A stretch of 64,000 nucleotides of DNA from Perna viridis. Taxonomy: Eukaryota. The position numbers and the translations under genes were made by a program. Shown piece by piece: positions 52,701-64,000 of the stretch (position 1 is the stretch's first letter; each line of letters opens with the position of its first letter). The DNA is taken from contig CM074519.1 in the NCBI GenBank assembly GCA_037379345.1, positions 16,036,742 to 16,100,741 of the forward strand, read 5' to 3'. The notes beneath the pieces are model-generated. The model searched no databases. It was not told where the DNA came from and worked only from the letters and a program-made list of their open reading frames with translations.

Positions 52701-54387
52701 TATGTTTCCATGTAAACATTTACATTACTATTTTACTTCATTTCCATGTTAACATTGCTTTGCTATTTTACCTCGTTTCCATGCATGTTGCCAATGTACT
52801 TGACGTGTGGTCTTAGGTTGACATGGTTCCTTAGATTCTTGCCTATTGCCAATACCCATAAGTCTCTGTCTATAAGATATTAAAACAATACATGAAATAA
52901 CTATTCCAAAGCTTAACAGTAGGTCATTTGCTTTTTATAGATTTTTTTTTACAATTTTCTAGCATTGAAAAAACTATGACTTGGTTAAAAACAAAAATGC
53001 TTTTCAGGATGCAGCCTGAAATGACAAAAGATAGTCATTATAGTCCAATATTCAAAATCATAATGAAAATCGACAGTAACAGTACATTCAGCATGTTCAT
53101 GAAGTGCTAAAAATAAATTAATACAGTTTCATATTTAACCAAGATATGCAATCAAAACCAATTACAAACCACAGCCAAATATTGAAATCTAATATTGTAA
53201 ATTTTTTTTTTGTTTTTTATTTTATTTTTTTTTTTTTTGGGGGGGGGGGGGGTTTGTACTAAAGGGGTCTGTCTGAAGAGGCCAAACAAACTATATAAAA
53301 TATTTATTCCAGGCTTCAGTACCCAGTGCACCACTTAACATCCACCAGAATTTGAAAAGACAAAAAAATTTTGTGTGTCTTTTTGATTCAAAATCACCAA
53401 ATTTTGCACCCATCAAAACAACCTGCCATAAGGTGCAAATGGTTAAAATACTAATAGATATCATTTGCCATTATGCTGCACAATGAGGTACAATAACTCA
53501 GCCAATGCCTTGAGGTTTTTCTAAGGTCTAAGATTGGGTCCCACTTCAGATCTTCAAATTCCACCTGGTCAATTAAAATTGATAAAAACTCAATTTTTGA
53601 AACTCACAAGAAGGTTCTGATTTTAAATGCTTTAAAATGCATTGCAATAAAACAGCTTTGTTTACAATGCAAACATATATCAAGCATAAGCATTCCATAT
53701 CCAATGCTTTCATGGTATTTTAAAAATCCAAGGTCTTTTCAAAACTTTGTTTTAACTAAAACATTTTTTCAACATCTGAACAGTCGTTAAATTGGATAAG
53801 ATAAGAGACAGGCTTTACATCAATAAGCAAGGTATGGAACTTCTTAATGATTTTGTATACCAAATTTTGTGTAGCAAATTTTTAGTTCATGAGAAAAATA
53901 CCATGTTTGGGAAGGTCAAACAATAGAAGATAGAGGTAAAACAGTGTACCCTTCTTCTTCTTAGGGAGCATACATTTTATATCTTTGAGGAGGGGGAGGT
54001 TGGCTAGGTCAAAATTTTGTGTACTGAATTTTTTTTTCAGTTTAATTACTGACTTTGACTTTTTATTCTAGACTGCCCTGGATTTACCCAATTATTGATG
54101 GAATTTTTTTAAACCATACATCATCATCCTACCCTTTCAATTCAAATTTTATCCTAGTGCCCCTAGGAATAAAATGGTTGCTCCCTTTGCAAGGGTGATG
54201 CTAAAACACTGAAATCACAGATAAACTTACTTTGCACTGTTTTGCCTATACTGTACAGGTATGTCAAGTCTGGATATGTTGTTGACATTTTTGTAAAGTA
54301 GTTAGCTACATCCTCGTTGTTATGGTAACGGAAATCAAGTGAGGAAGTCAAATGACACAGGGCCAGGATGAACAGGCTATACCTCAT
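46528..54387 (-). CDS. CPM: M14B (N/E-subfamily) zinc carboxypeptidase, carboxypeptidase M-like, ~419 aa; coding exons 54387-54231, 52869-52772, 52056-51884, 50100-49916, 49115-48948, 48161-48009, 47263-47118, 46707-46528
   Basis: All introns are GT-AG and phase-consistent (1260 nt total). Features: signal peptide [16 protein letters not shown]; [10 protein letters not shown] zinc motif; MNPDG; [14 protein letters not shown]; SANLHGG..VANYPFD; GITNGAWWY; GGMQDYNY; catalytic Glu in [13 protein letters not shown]; transthyretin-like domain [10 protein letters not shown]; short hydrophobic C-terminus resembling a GPI signal. A single CP domain plus GPI-like tail favours CPM over CPD. Confidence 0.88.
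47118..47263 (-). CDS. CPM: CPM-like exon, transthyretin-like domain
   Basis: VKGLV...[15 protein letters not shown], bounded by cag| and |gtgaga. Confidence 0.88.
47750..47957. mobile_element. TA-flanked MITE (TACTGT...ACAGTA) in a CPM intron
   Basis: TACTGTAAAAGTAC / GTATTTTCACAGTA inverted ends, with internal TTCGTGG/CCACGAA motifs. Confidence 0.6.
48009..48161 (-). CDS. CPM: CPM-like exon with catalytic Glu
   Basis: GMQDYNY...[14 protein letters not shown], bounded by cag| and |gtaggt. Confidence 0.88.
48345..48995 (-). repeat. Degenerate ~48-bp tandem repeat derived from a CPM exon 3' end
   Basis: Intronic units GGGCATCAGTAATGTGCTTGATGGTACCTAGTCC match exonic GGGCATCACTAATGGAGCTTGGTGGTACCCAGTCC. 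Confidence 0.8.
48948..49115 (-). CDS. CPM: CPM-like exon
   Basis: [15 protein letters not shown]...[12 protein letters not shown], bounded by tag| and |gtaggt. Confidence 0.85.
49916..50100 (-). CDS. CPM: CPM-like exon
   Basis: [13 protein letters not shown]...[17 protein letters not shown], bounded by cag| and |gtgggt (donor chosen for phase match). Confidence 0.85.
51884..52056 (-). CDS. CPM: CPM-like exon
   Basis: [10 protein letters not shown]...[11 protein letters not shown]...GIGG, bounded by cag| and |gtatgt. Confidence 0.88.
52772..52869 (-). CDS. CPM: CPM-like exon with the HGNE zinc-binding motif
   Basis: [32 protein letters not shown], bounded by tag| and |gtaaaa. Confidence 0.88.
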
Positions 54388-54425
54388 TCCAGATCTTTGC
54401 CATCCCTCAAACCTGTGTACCATCA
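54231..54425 (-). CDS. CPM: CPM-like exon with signal peptide
   Basis: ttttcag| acceptor; in-frame ATGs at 54423 and 54387; LDFRYHNNE...LYSIGKTVQ; donor A|gtaagt. Confidence 0.85.
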
Positions 54426-55622
54426 CTGAAAATAAAGTTTACTGGAGGTCATCATCAACTTGAAGTCACTGGCGTTGTTGTGTAAGGTAATACACCCACT
54501 TGTACAGGAAGTCAATATCCTACAGTACCCAAAATCACTGAAAATGTATGCACCATCAATATAAAGCCACACACCAAAAATGAAATCAATCCATCCACTG
54601 AGAGCCAAGATGCATATGAGATAAAAATGTACCTCATAAATATCATACAAGTGTGTTCTACATGTGTTTCTTGCTTGAATGAGAATGGGAAGTTTACATG
54701 AAATGATCAGTTAGCTTTGAACATTACCCAGTTTCTGATTCAGGCACTGGGGCTTGTTACAGGACTACATAGGTCATATATATTAGCAGGCCCCGATATT
54801 TATGAATTTTCATTGCCAGTTGCTTAATCTGGTTCATAAACTGGTTCCCTGTCAATATCATAAGGACACAAAGATCACAACAACGTACCTTTTTAAAAAT
54901 ATATCATACACATGTCTATGCATGTTTTTCGCTTGTATTCGTTTACATTAAAAGATAAAATGATCGGTTAGCATTGAATTTATGTAATATTATCCAGTTT
55001 CCGATTCAAACACTGACGTTCGTTACAATTGGTTATATAAAGGTCATAAATATTATCAGTACACCGATATCTATATATAGCCATTCGGGTCATAACGGTT
55101 ATGAAAGAGTACACAATAATCTCAAGGGAACCAAGATTTTGGCAAAGTCTCCCGATTTTACAGCATATCACATTTGTATCATTTCGGATGTTTAAAGTAT
55201 ACCAAACTCAGTGACAGTGAATATTTGACGATTAGCGACTTTTTCTCACTACATAATATTAATTGGAAAGACTGCACTTATCATGCTCACTCACTCTCAC
55301 TCACTAATGCTCAAGAGACAATCATTACATGATGCATACATTTCAATTTACAATTTGAAATAAAAAAAAAAGACGAAATACTATCTTGTATTTAAAAGTC
55401 TAATAAACACATTTTTAGTAATCAAATATCTCCATTATTTCTAATAGGGTCCATATATCCTCAAATTTATGTAAAACATTATTTTTCTCGGCAATAAAAT
55501 GTGCAATGCAATAATAATGTAGAACTCTTTGCTTTAAACCAACAATGTTAGGCAGTTGTACAAAGCAGGGTTAATTTGACTTGTCAAACTTGCATGAAAT
55601 ATCAACAATACAATGTTAAACC

Positions 55623-55655
<33 letters not shown>
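55623..55655 (+). repeat. (TCAA)n microsatellite
   Basis: About 8 TCAA units; possibly a SINE tail. Confidence 0.85.
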
Positions 55656-55658
<3 letters not shown>

Positions 55659-56073
55659 AACTGAAGAAAATCCTGGCAATATATTCTTACCTGTTTAAAA
55701 TGTAGGTGAGCAAGTTCTGCTATATATATGCTAAAGTCATTTTTCTACATAATTATTAACACAATATGCTAATGTCATTTTTGAAAACAAATTCTGCTAA
55801 TGTCATTTGTGACATTAAATTCTGCTACATTTGCAAAAATCATTTTCTACACCCAATTCTGCTATATATGCTAATGTAATTATCAAAATCAAACAAAAAC
55901 AAACTGATGCTATTTACAGTGGAAAATTTGGCTTTTTATAGAATTTAAATATTAAATGTACTATAATCATTTGGTCTTCTATTTTTACAATAAAAAAACT
56001 TACATTATTGCAAATCTATAAAGTGTAAACAATAAATATAACCATACAAGCTGATAGCCAAGGAAATCACAAC

Positions 56074-56229
56074 TGTTTCTAGAAAAGCAGAGTACATTTA
56101 CCCTACCAATGCACCTGGTCCATGCTCCCAGTTTTTAGTGGAGTCTGGGTCGGTCATAAATGTTTGTTTGTATGTGTTATTTTAGTTATTTCATGTTTGT
56201 CAAATATTGATTCCCTTGATTACTCTTTC
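56074..56229 (+). mobile_element. Penelope-like 3' UTR fragment (internally deleted)
   Basis: GTTTCTAGAAAAGCAG...GCACCTGGTCCATGCTCCCAG...CCCTTGATTACTCT. Confidence 0.7.
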
Positions 56230-58281
56230 AAGAAATACATCAGATTTTATTTATCATATTTATCAAAATTTGGGAGTAAAAGAAATTTCAAAATACATAA
56301 AACACTAAGGCTTCATTTCTAGTACTGCACATTTTTGAACCTATAAGTGATGGAATTGACTCACTTTTCTAGTAGCTTTTGTTTTGAGAGCTTCTTGAAT
56401 ACAATTAATTTTTGGATTAAGATCTTCCTTCATGTTTGATTCTAAGATTACTCCATGAAACATGTGTATAGCATATTGAAATTTACATTATATATGATTA
56501 CAATTCATTTAACCAAGGATCATTTCAACCAAAATGGATAGTAGATCACTAATATTAAAAGAAAAATGTGGAAAAAAAACCCACAAAATTAATCTTCAAA
56601 AGTTATTCTTCAGTGGTTTCATAATTTGAGTTATTTTTGGGTCAATTTGATCGTCATGTTACTGTAAATTGAGAATTGCATCACAAACATTTTTCCCCCA
56701 TTAGATTTTTTTTGTGATATTGATAAAAAAATATACAGAATTGGTATCATCAATAAAAATAAAAACTGCAGTTTCCAAATAAACAATTATTTTGATTGGT
56801 GTATTATTGACACTAGAATAAATAAAATAAAAAAAAATACTATTCTGATTTAAATTTTTACAAATATGCATTATTTTCATTAATTAAATCATACTTTTAA
56901 CCTGGGTATTTTCAATATCCTGAAATTTCTACCTCAATCCTCTTACCTCCAAGAATTTAATCAGAGATTCACGCATGATCATAATATTTCACTAAAACCA
57001 AAACAACAGAGAGGGATTTATTTTCAAGCATCTGCACTCTGATCTTCAAAAGATATAAAAGGAAAGTGTACTCATATTTAATATAAAATAATTATGATTC
57101 ATTTGACTTTATAGATAGCACTCACAATGTCTTATAACTAAGGCAACAAGCATATGCCTTTGAGGTCTGAAATTGACGCATTCAGAACTAAAGATACTAT
57201 CTGAACATATCTTTTCAATTATTTGGTTAATTTAACAGTAATTTTCTCAAATAAAATAGTAATTATAAGGAGATATGGGAAGATGTTGAGTTTAGTGTAC
57301 TTAGAAAAAAGAAATGTCAAGGCCAATCTTACAAGTTCAATATTTTCAGCCTTTACAAATTAATTTTGGCAAAAATTAGTATGAAATTTAGCATCCTTTT
57401 AGCATAATTCCTTTTAATGCTAGAATATAACATACACATGTAATTATAACATAATATGAGGCAGGTGTTACCTGTTACAGGATAAAGTTGAATATACTGA
57501 CATTTTTTAAAAATAATAATGCCTTTTACAGTTTTAATTAACTAGGATTTATCTTTCTATAAACATTAAATATTGTTAAAGATACGAAACTGAAAAAGAA
57601 CCTTGCTTAGTGTTACACTTGGTATTACAAGTTAACTACCTGTCAGATTTGAAATCAGGCTCTCAGGGCTTCTGAGGTCAAAGGTTAAATTTGGATTGAT
57701 TACCATTATAAGAACTTTGTCCTCCATTATACCTTTATGCTAAACACACAAATAAATCAATTTTAGCACAATTCTAACTAAAACCTTGAAGAATTTTTTT
57801 GTAGCACTAAAACTTTTGGTCAGGGAATTCTGGGAATTCTGGTCCTTGGCCATTTCTTTCAGATTTGCAAAATATATCAAAGGCACGACCTTCATCAGTT
57901 GCAATTTTAATAAAAAAAATGCCCTTGAATTGTTTTCTTTTTGTATCAGTTGGCATTTGTTTATTTTCAACTGACAGAGAAGGTCATGCCTTCCATAAAT
58001 TTTGCAAATATGTGTTAATATAGTGTTCTCTCTATTTAGAGAATTTGTGTTGGAAGTTCATATTTAAAAAAAAAAGTTTTACAGAACAGTTTATTATTAA
58101 AAAAACATGTTCCAATTAAACCAAAACTAATATCTAACTTCATCCAAAATTTTCAGAAATCAATCCAAAATTCTTTCTAAATGAATACCACCAGAAAATT
58201 GACCATTAAAAACACTAATTCATGTATAAGTTGATACACGTACTTAAATCTTGATTATACTAATTAATAACCACAGCTTAC

Positions 58282-58291
58282 CAGAGTCCAT
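58282..58291 (-). CDS. Possible upstream coding segment (MDS-V) of the CPM-like gene
   Basis: AAGATGGACTCTG|gtaagc is a phase-1 donor that joins the 54425 acceptor in frame (G+TG=Val). Confidence 0.3.
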
Positions 58292-58726
58292 CTTGGATCC
58301 AGATTAGAAGTTTAAGTTGTAGGAAACAGTGGTATGCATTACTTATCTAGAGCCATAATTGTGTCAAACATTAAATTTTATTGGCCTATATATTGGAATG
58401 ATGCACTTATAGGCAGAGTGTGCCATTATTGTGGGATCCAAAGTGGGTATTGGAATGGGTACCATTAAGAAGTCAGTAAACAGAACATAACTCAGGGGAG
58501 GCTTGATGGAGTATATGTAACAAAGATAGTTACCAGTCTCTGTAAGAATCAGGCAGTGTCTAAAATTAAGGCTACAAACCACTAATGTCACTTCCCATAA
58601 GTTCCAATGCTAATTTCACCGAGTTTAACCTGAAGAAGACAATATCTCACCTGAAAGCTGCATGTTTATACTAATACAAGTAGCTTTAAAAGTACTACCT
58701 TGCAGTGCAACACCAGCTTCTAGAAG

Positions 58727-59240
58727 ATTGATTGATTGATTGTTGGGGTTTAATGCCCGAGCAGCAATATTTCAGCTATATCCAGGTGATGAACATGAAA
58801 TGGATGATATGATGATGATGATGAAATGAAAAAAATGATGGGACACAAGGATAAAAGGAATGACAAATTTTGGTTGCCACTAAAAAAAGGGAGGGATGGG
58901 TAGGGTCAGGCAATTTAGCTTCTTGTGCCAGAGCTCAGAAGTTCCTACTCCTATCAAATACCACAGCAGGGTTCTTTAACGTGTGAGGAATGTGGCATCT
59001 TTCCCAACACAGTGCATAACTATGATTTGCAGTCAGGTTTCTGTATTATAGACTGACAACCCCAGCATGTAACATGCCAGGGGTACCCCATTCCACCACC
59101 TGGGGCACACAACCCAGTTGTTCTGTGGGCAGAGCACCCTAGCCCCTGGCTAGGGTTCTGAGCACTATTTAGTCGCCTTTTTACGACAAGCTTAGCGCTG
59201 CTGCAGGCCAATTCTTTTGACACCCGGACCTGCACGGAGT
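58727..59240 (-). mobile_element. SINE-like element with (TCAA)n tail
   Basis: (GATT)n end and GC-rich body with GGGTTCTTTAACGTG and AGTCGCCTTTTTACGACAAGC blocks recalled from bivalve SINEs. Confidence 0.5.
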
Positions 59241-59723
59241 CGCTTCTAGAACACAATGAGCTAACTATAGAATGGGAATTCCCCTGCATTTCACAAAAAG
59301 GGGCAGTCATTCCCAAATAATGGGTACAATTACATAATTACAGTGTCGCCGGCAATATTCCATAAATTACCAGCTTAAAATTTGTTTCGGAGAAGTTTCT
59401 TTTTTGTTCTTAGAAGTTGGAATATATACTAACATAAAATTATATTTCGTGGTGATGTAAATCGTAAATAATTTTGTGTGATTTTAACATCCATTATCCG
59501 GAAATCACTCCAAATACGAATGTCGCTTAGAAAAAGTCCAAATGTAGGTGTGAAATTAACATCCTTCTTTTCATCCAATTCATATAAACTTTCCATTTTT
59601 ATTTTACACCATATTATATTTTAATTATATATTACTTTCTTCATCGCATGATGTTGAATACACTTTGACCAAGAAACTAAATCAATGTCGCCGATAAACG
59701 TATAACCTACCATAACGAATGTT

Positions 59724-62700
59724 GAGGTACGGGCAGGAAATATTCATATGACAAGAAAACCTGATTCATATGACTTTAAGAAGTGTTGATATATTAATTT
59801 TTTAAATGCTACCTCTAACTTTTGTTACAAGGTTATGAAAATTGAAAAAAATACTTTTTGTTCTGTATTTTCCCATTGTCGCATATAAGAACCTAACCTA
59901 CGTTACGCATAATTTTGTAACATATTTTCAGGGACAACTCATATGATTCAAAGTTTCTTTAAAATACACATAATTCTTCTCAAGAATCAGTTTTATGAAA
60001 GCAAATCAAGAAAATTGTTGCATATATCCAAATTAATAATAATAAACCTAACCTCCGTTTTAATAACCTCCGTTACGCAGTTGTTACCGGACCTTTTTAT
60101 CGGTATCAACGGCTGTTGACACCGCCGGAAGTCATTTTTGTAGCAGACAGCTTTTGTTGAAAATAATACAGCACGACAAAAGAAAGATATAAAGAATATT
60201 TTTATCGATTTTTGAAAGGTAAGTTTGCTCATTTATTCCCCATGATGCAAGAAACATTAAAACGTACAATAAACGTTTTCTCAGCCATTTTCTCATATAT
60301 AAGACTCTACAACACAACTTTGCTAAAATACGACGACTTTCACAACTTCAATAGCGGTGTATAGCCAATATTATCCAGATTTTCGAGACTTCATGAATGT
60401 TACGGAGGTTATGCTAATAATAAAAAAAATTTAACATGCATACACGAAAATAACAATTAAAAATTTGTTTACATTGTTACAGATCCCGTTTTAGTCAATC
60501 AATTACCACCTATGAGTATCAAATATTGATGCCTTTCATTAACAACACTTTTGATATACGTTACGGAGGATAGAAATTAAAAAAAAATTAATCATTTGTT
60601 CCAGGCAAGACTTAATTCTCCTATGGTTACGATAATCGAAGAATATTTTTTGTTCCATTGTCTTGATAGTCATTACATTGAAATACTAACTGTGATATAT
60701 ACGTTCGATGTTGGTAAGTGCTCGAATTTGCCGTTATGGAGGTTTTTAATTTCGTTACGGAGGATAGAAAAAAAATATATGATTATCGATTGACGCCTAT
60801 GCTTCATAGTGGAGTATAAATACATTATAATATCTATGTAGGTGCGGGCACGCGAGTGTATGAGTATTATGCATGTCCCCCAGATTAGTTGCGCATGTGC
60901 GTGTATGAAAACAAGCCTGTTCATTTCGTTCTATTTTTATTTTCAGACAATGCCACTGAGTAATGCAGAGAGACAGAGACGTTATAGGGAGAAACAAAAA
61001 GCAAAAAACCCAGTTACATATCTCAAGAAAGAAGCTCAAAGGAAAAGAGAAACATATATTCCATCGAATTTACTTTCCCCCGCTGCATTAAAGAAAAGAC
61101 GAGAAGAGCTATGTAAGAAGTCAAAGCGACATTACAAGAAAGTAAAAAGAGTCAAAAATGATACGATCGAAGTTGCAAGACCTTCCTCCTCATTAACAAT
61201 GATAGTCAAATTGCCAATCAACAACATAAACAAGGGAAAACAAGTGAGAAAAACATATCGGAGGTCGTTGAGAACAGCGTACAGGAAAAATAATGAACTG
61301 TTAGGAAAGAATTCAGAACTGGAAAGAAAGAATAAAAGGTTACAGAAAAGAATTGAGCGTTTGAACAAGAAGAAACCCTCGATGACGTTGACATCTACAG
61401 ATGCAGAGGACGCAGAAAAAATTTCAAGTTTGGATAGTTCTATCAATAACGAAAGAATACCTATCAATGAAATGACCCCTAGAAGCAAAACAAGAACAGA
61501 AGTAAACTCCTTGCAGCTAGATAGGAAAAGGGCAGCACAAGTTAGAAAACAACTCTTACTTTCTAACACAGTACTTCATAGCATTAGGTCATCAGTACAG
61601 CAGAAAAAGAAGAAAGGGGTTAAATCAGTCTGGTCCGGGTTGATGTCAAGATATCGGTGTGCATCTGCCTTGAGTAGATCACTTGGGGTAAACAGAAAGA
61701 AAGTTAATGATTTGTCAAAAGAGAGGAAAGGCAAAGCTATGTCCGAACAGGTGAAGGGCGTGGTAATTGAATTCTTAGAGAGAGAAGATAACAGCACTAC
61801 ACTACCAGGGAAAAAAGACACTAAAACGACAAATAAAGAAACTAAGCAGAAGCATGTTTTGTCAGATTATGTAATGAACCTGTACGAAAAGTTCAAGCTC
61901 GAAAACCCAGAAATTCAGATGTCGAGAACGGTCTTTTATAAGTTAAGACCACCGCATATAATTCTCGCAGATTTTGCCAACAGAAAAACCTGTCTGTGCT
62001 CTAAACATCAGAACCTGGCTTTGAAAATAAAGGGTCTAAACAATGTAGGCTTGAGGTGCTCCAAAAATCCTGATATGCTCATCAAGGAGTACACCATCAA
62101 TGAGGAGATCTTAGAACAGATAAACTCGCTGGAATCTACTACAATCAAGTTCACTCAGTGGAAGAGAGTTCCAGATGGAACGAAAATGAGGTTTAAAGAA
62201 ATAGAAGAAACAGTAACAAAAGCAGACTTCTGCGTCAAATTTGATAAAGATCTGACAGAATTCAGGGATCACGTTGATAGAGTTCATACCCAATACAGTC
62301 AGCTCAAAACCCTTCGCGAAAACCTTCCAGAGAATGAAGTTTTAATATGGATGGATTTTGCGGAAAACTTTGGCTGTGTCTCAGTTGAAGAGGTACAATC
62401 AGCTTACTGGAATGCTGCCATGATATCTCTGCATACTATGGTAGTTTATTATCCTACTGGTACGGACAACAAAATACAGAGCTATGTTGCTGCTTCAGAT
62501 GTTCTGTCACACAATGCTACAGCAGTCTACACAATCCTTAAAAAAATGATAGCTATCATGAAAGAAGACAATCCAAACCTCAAAAGAATACATTACCTAA
62601 GCGATTCCCCGACAAGTCAGTATAGGAATAAAACAATATTCCAGTTTATTGCAATGCACGATCAGGAATTTGGAATGTCAGCTCGATGGAGCTACCTTGA

Positions 62701-64000
62701 AAGTGGTCATGGCAAGGGGCCATGTGACGGGCTTGGCGCAAGTGTCAAGAGAGCTGCGGATAATGCCGTCAAGCAAGGCAAGAGGTCGATTCAGTCTGCA
62801 GACGATTTTATGATATGGGCTACTGGAGCTCGGGAATCTGGGAGTAGAGTGAAATACATATCTTACAACCAGGAGGATTATGATAACTCAGAGAAGATTT
62901 TGTCGGAAAGAATTACACCTGTTGCTGTCAAAGGAACATTCAAAATTCACTATGTCATAGGAAATGGAATAACCGAAGTATATACAAGAAATACGTCATG
63001 CTATTGTAAGGAATGTATTGCTGATATTTCTACATCAACATGTGTAGGGTACACGCTTCATCGACTTGTAAAGGACAGTGGTAACGAGGGCATTGTAGAA
63101 GCTCTGGCAAGTTCAGATCAAGAGGGAGAAACAGGAGAAGGAAGAAATCTAGAAGGAGTAGAAATAAACAGACACCAGCAGGAGACTGTTGCGCTAGATA
63201 AACTTTCGAAAGAAACTTGGGTTGCAGCAATGTACCAACGAAAATGGTACATAGGACAAGTTATAGATTTAGATCAAAATGATGAAGAAGTCAATGTGAA
63301 GTTTATGACACAGGCTGGTCGATATGGGGAGAGCTTCAAATGGCCAAAGGAAGATGACATAATCTGGATAAAATTGGAGCACATTTTATGTGTTATTGTG
63401 TCTCCTCCTAAACCATCGGGGAAAAGGATAAAAACTTATACCATCCCATTAGATGACTTGAAGAAAATCGAGATCCTCGCTAAAACACATGCCTAAAAAA
63501 CTTTGATGTACTTGTCATTCCAAACATGTTATTGTGATGTTTTGGTAATATATGTGAATTAAATGAGAAAAAATAACCTCCGTAACACGAAAATATAATT
63601 GAAAATAATATATTTCGTCTTAATGTCATTGCAAGTTATATAAATTTGTCTAATATGGCCAGTAAAATATCACTGTTGGTTACAAGAAATATCAAATTAA
63701 CGATATTAAGTTAAGATAAAACAATCTCGTGAATGTTCATGAATCGTTACGGAGATTATTGCATAAAAGGTCCTTTTAATTTAAAAATACATATAATTTG
63801 ATATAAAAAAACAGTTGTCTAGTTTGTATCTTGTCTGTGAGTTGTTGTAAAATGTACGCAATAAATATTTGAATGTTACTTTGTATCAACATTTGCATAC
63901 TGTTTTTTTCTTAACCTCCGTAACAAAGTTGGGCATGTGGATATGCCACATGAAACATGCGCAATAGTAATTCAAAACATATTTATTAGATCATTTTGGA
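59724..64000 (+). mobile_element. Sola2-like DNA transposon; right end lies outside the window
   Basis: Contains the transposase ORF. The candidate left terminus GAGGTACGGGCAGG at 59724 fits the 5'-GRG rule of Sola2. A GTTACGGAGGTTA/TAACCTCCGTAAC motif is repeated on both sides of the ORF. The boundary is unconfirmed. Confidence 0.6.
60950..63496 (+). CDS. Sola2-like DDD transposase, 848 aa, uninterrupted
   Basis: Motifs DFAENF...VQSAYW...SLHT, SDSPTSQYRNK and ESGHGKGPCDGLG; CLCSKH and CYCKEC..C...H Cys/His clusters; basic N-terminus MPLSNAERQRRYREK; C-terminal Tudor-like WVAAMY..KWYIGQV...V.VKFM...FKWP..DDIIW. The likely ATG at 60950 follows a ttttattttcag| acceptor. Confidence 0.78.
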   Translation: MPLSNAERQRRYREKQKAKNPVTYLKKEAQRKRETYIPSNLLSPAALKKRREELCKKSKRHYKKVKRVKNDTIEVARPSSSLTMIVKLPINNINKGKQVRKTYRRSLRTAYRKNNELLGKNSELERKNKRLQKRIERLNKKKPSMTLTSTDAEDAEKISSLDSSINNERIPINEMTPRSKTRTEVNSLQLDRKRAAQVRKQLLLSNTVLHSIRSSVQQKKKKGVKSVWSGLMSRYRCASALSRSLGVNRKKVNDLSKERKGKAMSEQVKGVVIEFLEREDNSTTLPGKKDTKTTNKETKQKHVLSDYVMNLYEKFKLENPEIQMSRTVFYKLRPPHIILADFANRKTCLCSKHQNLALKIKGLNNVGLRCSKNPDMLIKEYTINEEILEQINSLESTTIKFTQWKRVPDGTKMRFKEIEETVTKADFCVKFDKDLTEFRDHVDRVHTQYSQLKTLRENLPENEVLIWMDFAENFGCVSVEEVQSAYWNAAMISLHTMVVYYPTGTDNKIQSYVAASDVLSHNATAVYTILKKMIAIMKEDNPNLKRIHYLSDSPTSQYRNKTIFQFIAMHDQEFGMSARWSYLESGHGKGPCDGLGASVKRAADNAVKQGKRSIQSADDFMIWATGARESGSRVKYISYNQEDYDNSEKILSERITPVAVKGTFKIHYVIGNGITEVYTRNTSCYCKECIADISTSTCVGYTLHRLVKDSGNEGIVEALASSDQEGETGEGRNLEGVEINRHQQETVALDKLSKETWVAAMYQRKWYIGQVIDLDQNDEEVNVKFMTQAGRYGESFKWPKEDDIIWIKLEHILCVIVSPPKPSGKRIKTYTIPLDDLKKIEILAKTHA

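Noticed and set aside
60842-60949. First 36 aa of the 884 aa ORF
   Set aside because: GTG start, and it runs through a polypyrimidine tract and AG acceptor. The ATG at 60950 is the more plausible start.
61132-63230. Antisense ORFs within the transposase
   Set aside because: Shadow ORFs with no recognisable motifs.

Overview
AT-rich, intron-containing animal genomic DNA. The repeat families look like those of bivalve molluscs, but the taxon is an inference. There are two assembly gaps, and most short ORFs in the track are noise. Main contents: (1) the 5' part of a minus-strand gene with a DZIP3-like HEPN-domain exon (1456-1026) whose RNase motif is degenerate. It appears to be fed by up to five alternative ATG-containing first coding exons spread over ~33 kb, all ending in phase-2 donors, and one of them carries a PxIxIT-type calcineurin docking motif. 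(2) A complete 8-coding-exon, ~419 aa, signal-peptide and GPI-signal M14B metallocarboxypeptidase (carboxypeptidase M-like) on the minus strand at 54387-46528; two of its splice donors have seeded intronic tandem repeats. (3) An apparently intact Sola2-like DDD DNA transposon with an 848 aa transposase and a Tudor-like C-terminus, inserted head-to-head just upstream of that gene. (4) Many repeats: Penelope-like retroelement 3' fragments with a conserved stem-loop, a decayed RTE-type LINE, SINEs, several MITE families, a Helentron-type satellite carrier, and 37/54/27-bp minisatellites. All gene models and family assignments were made by eye, without database searches.
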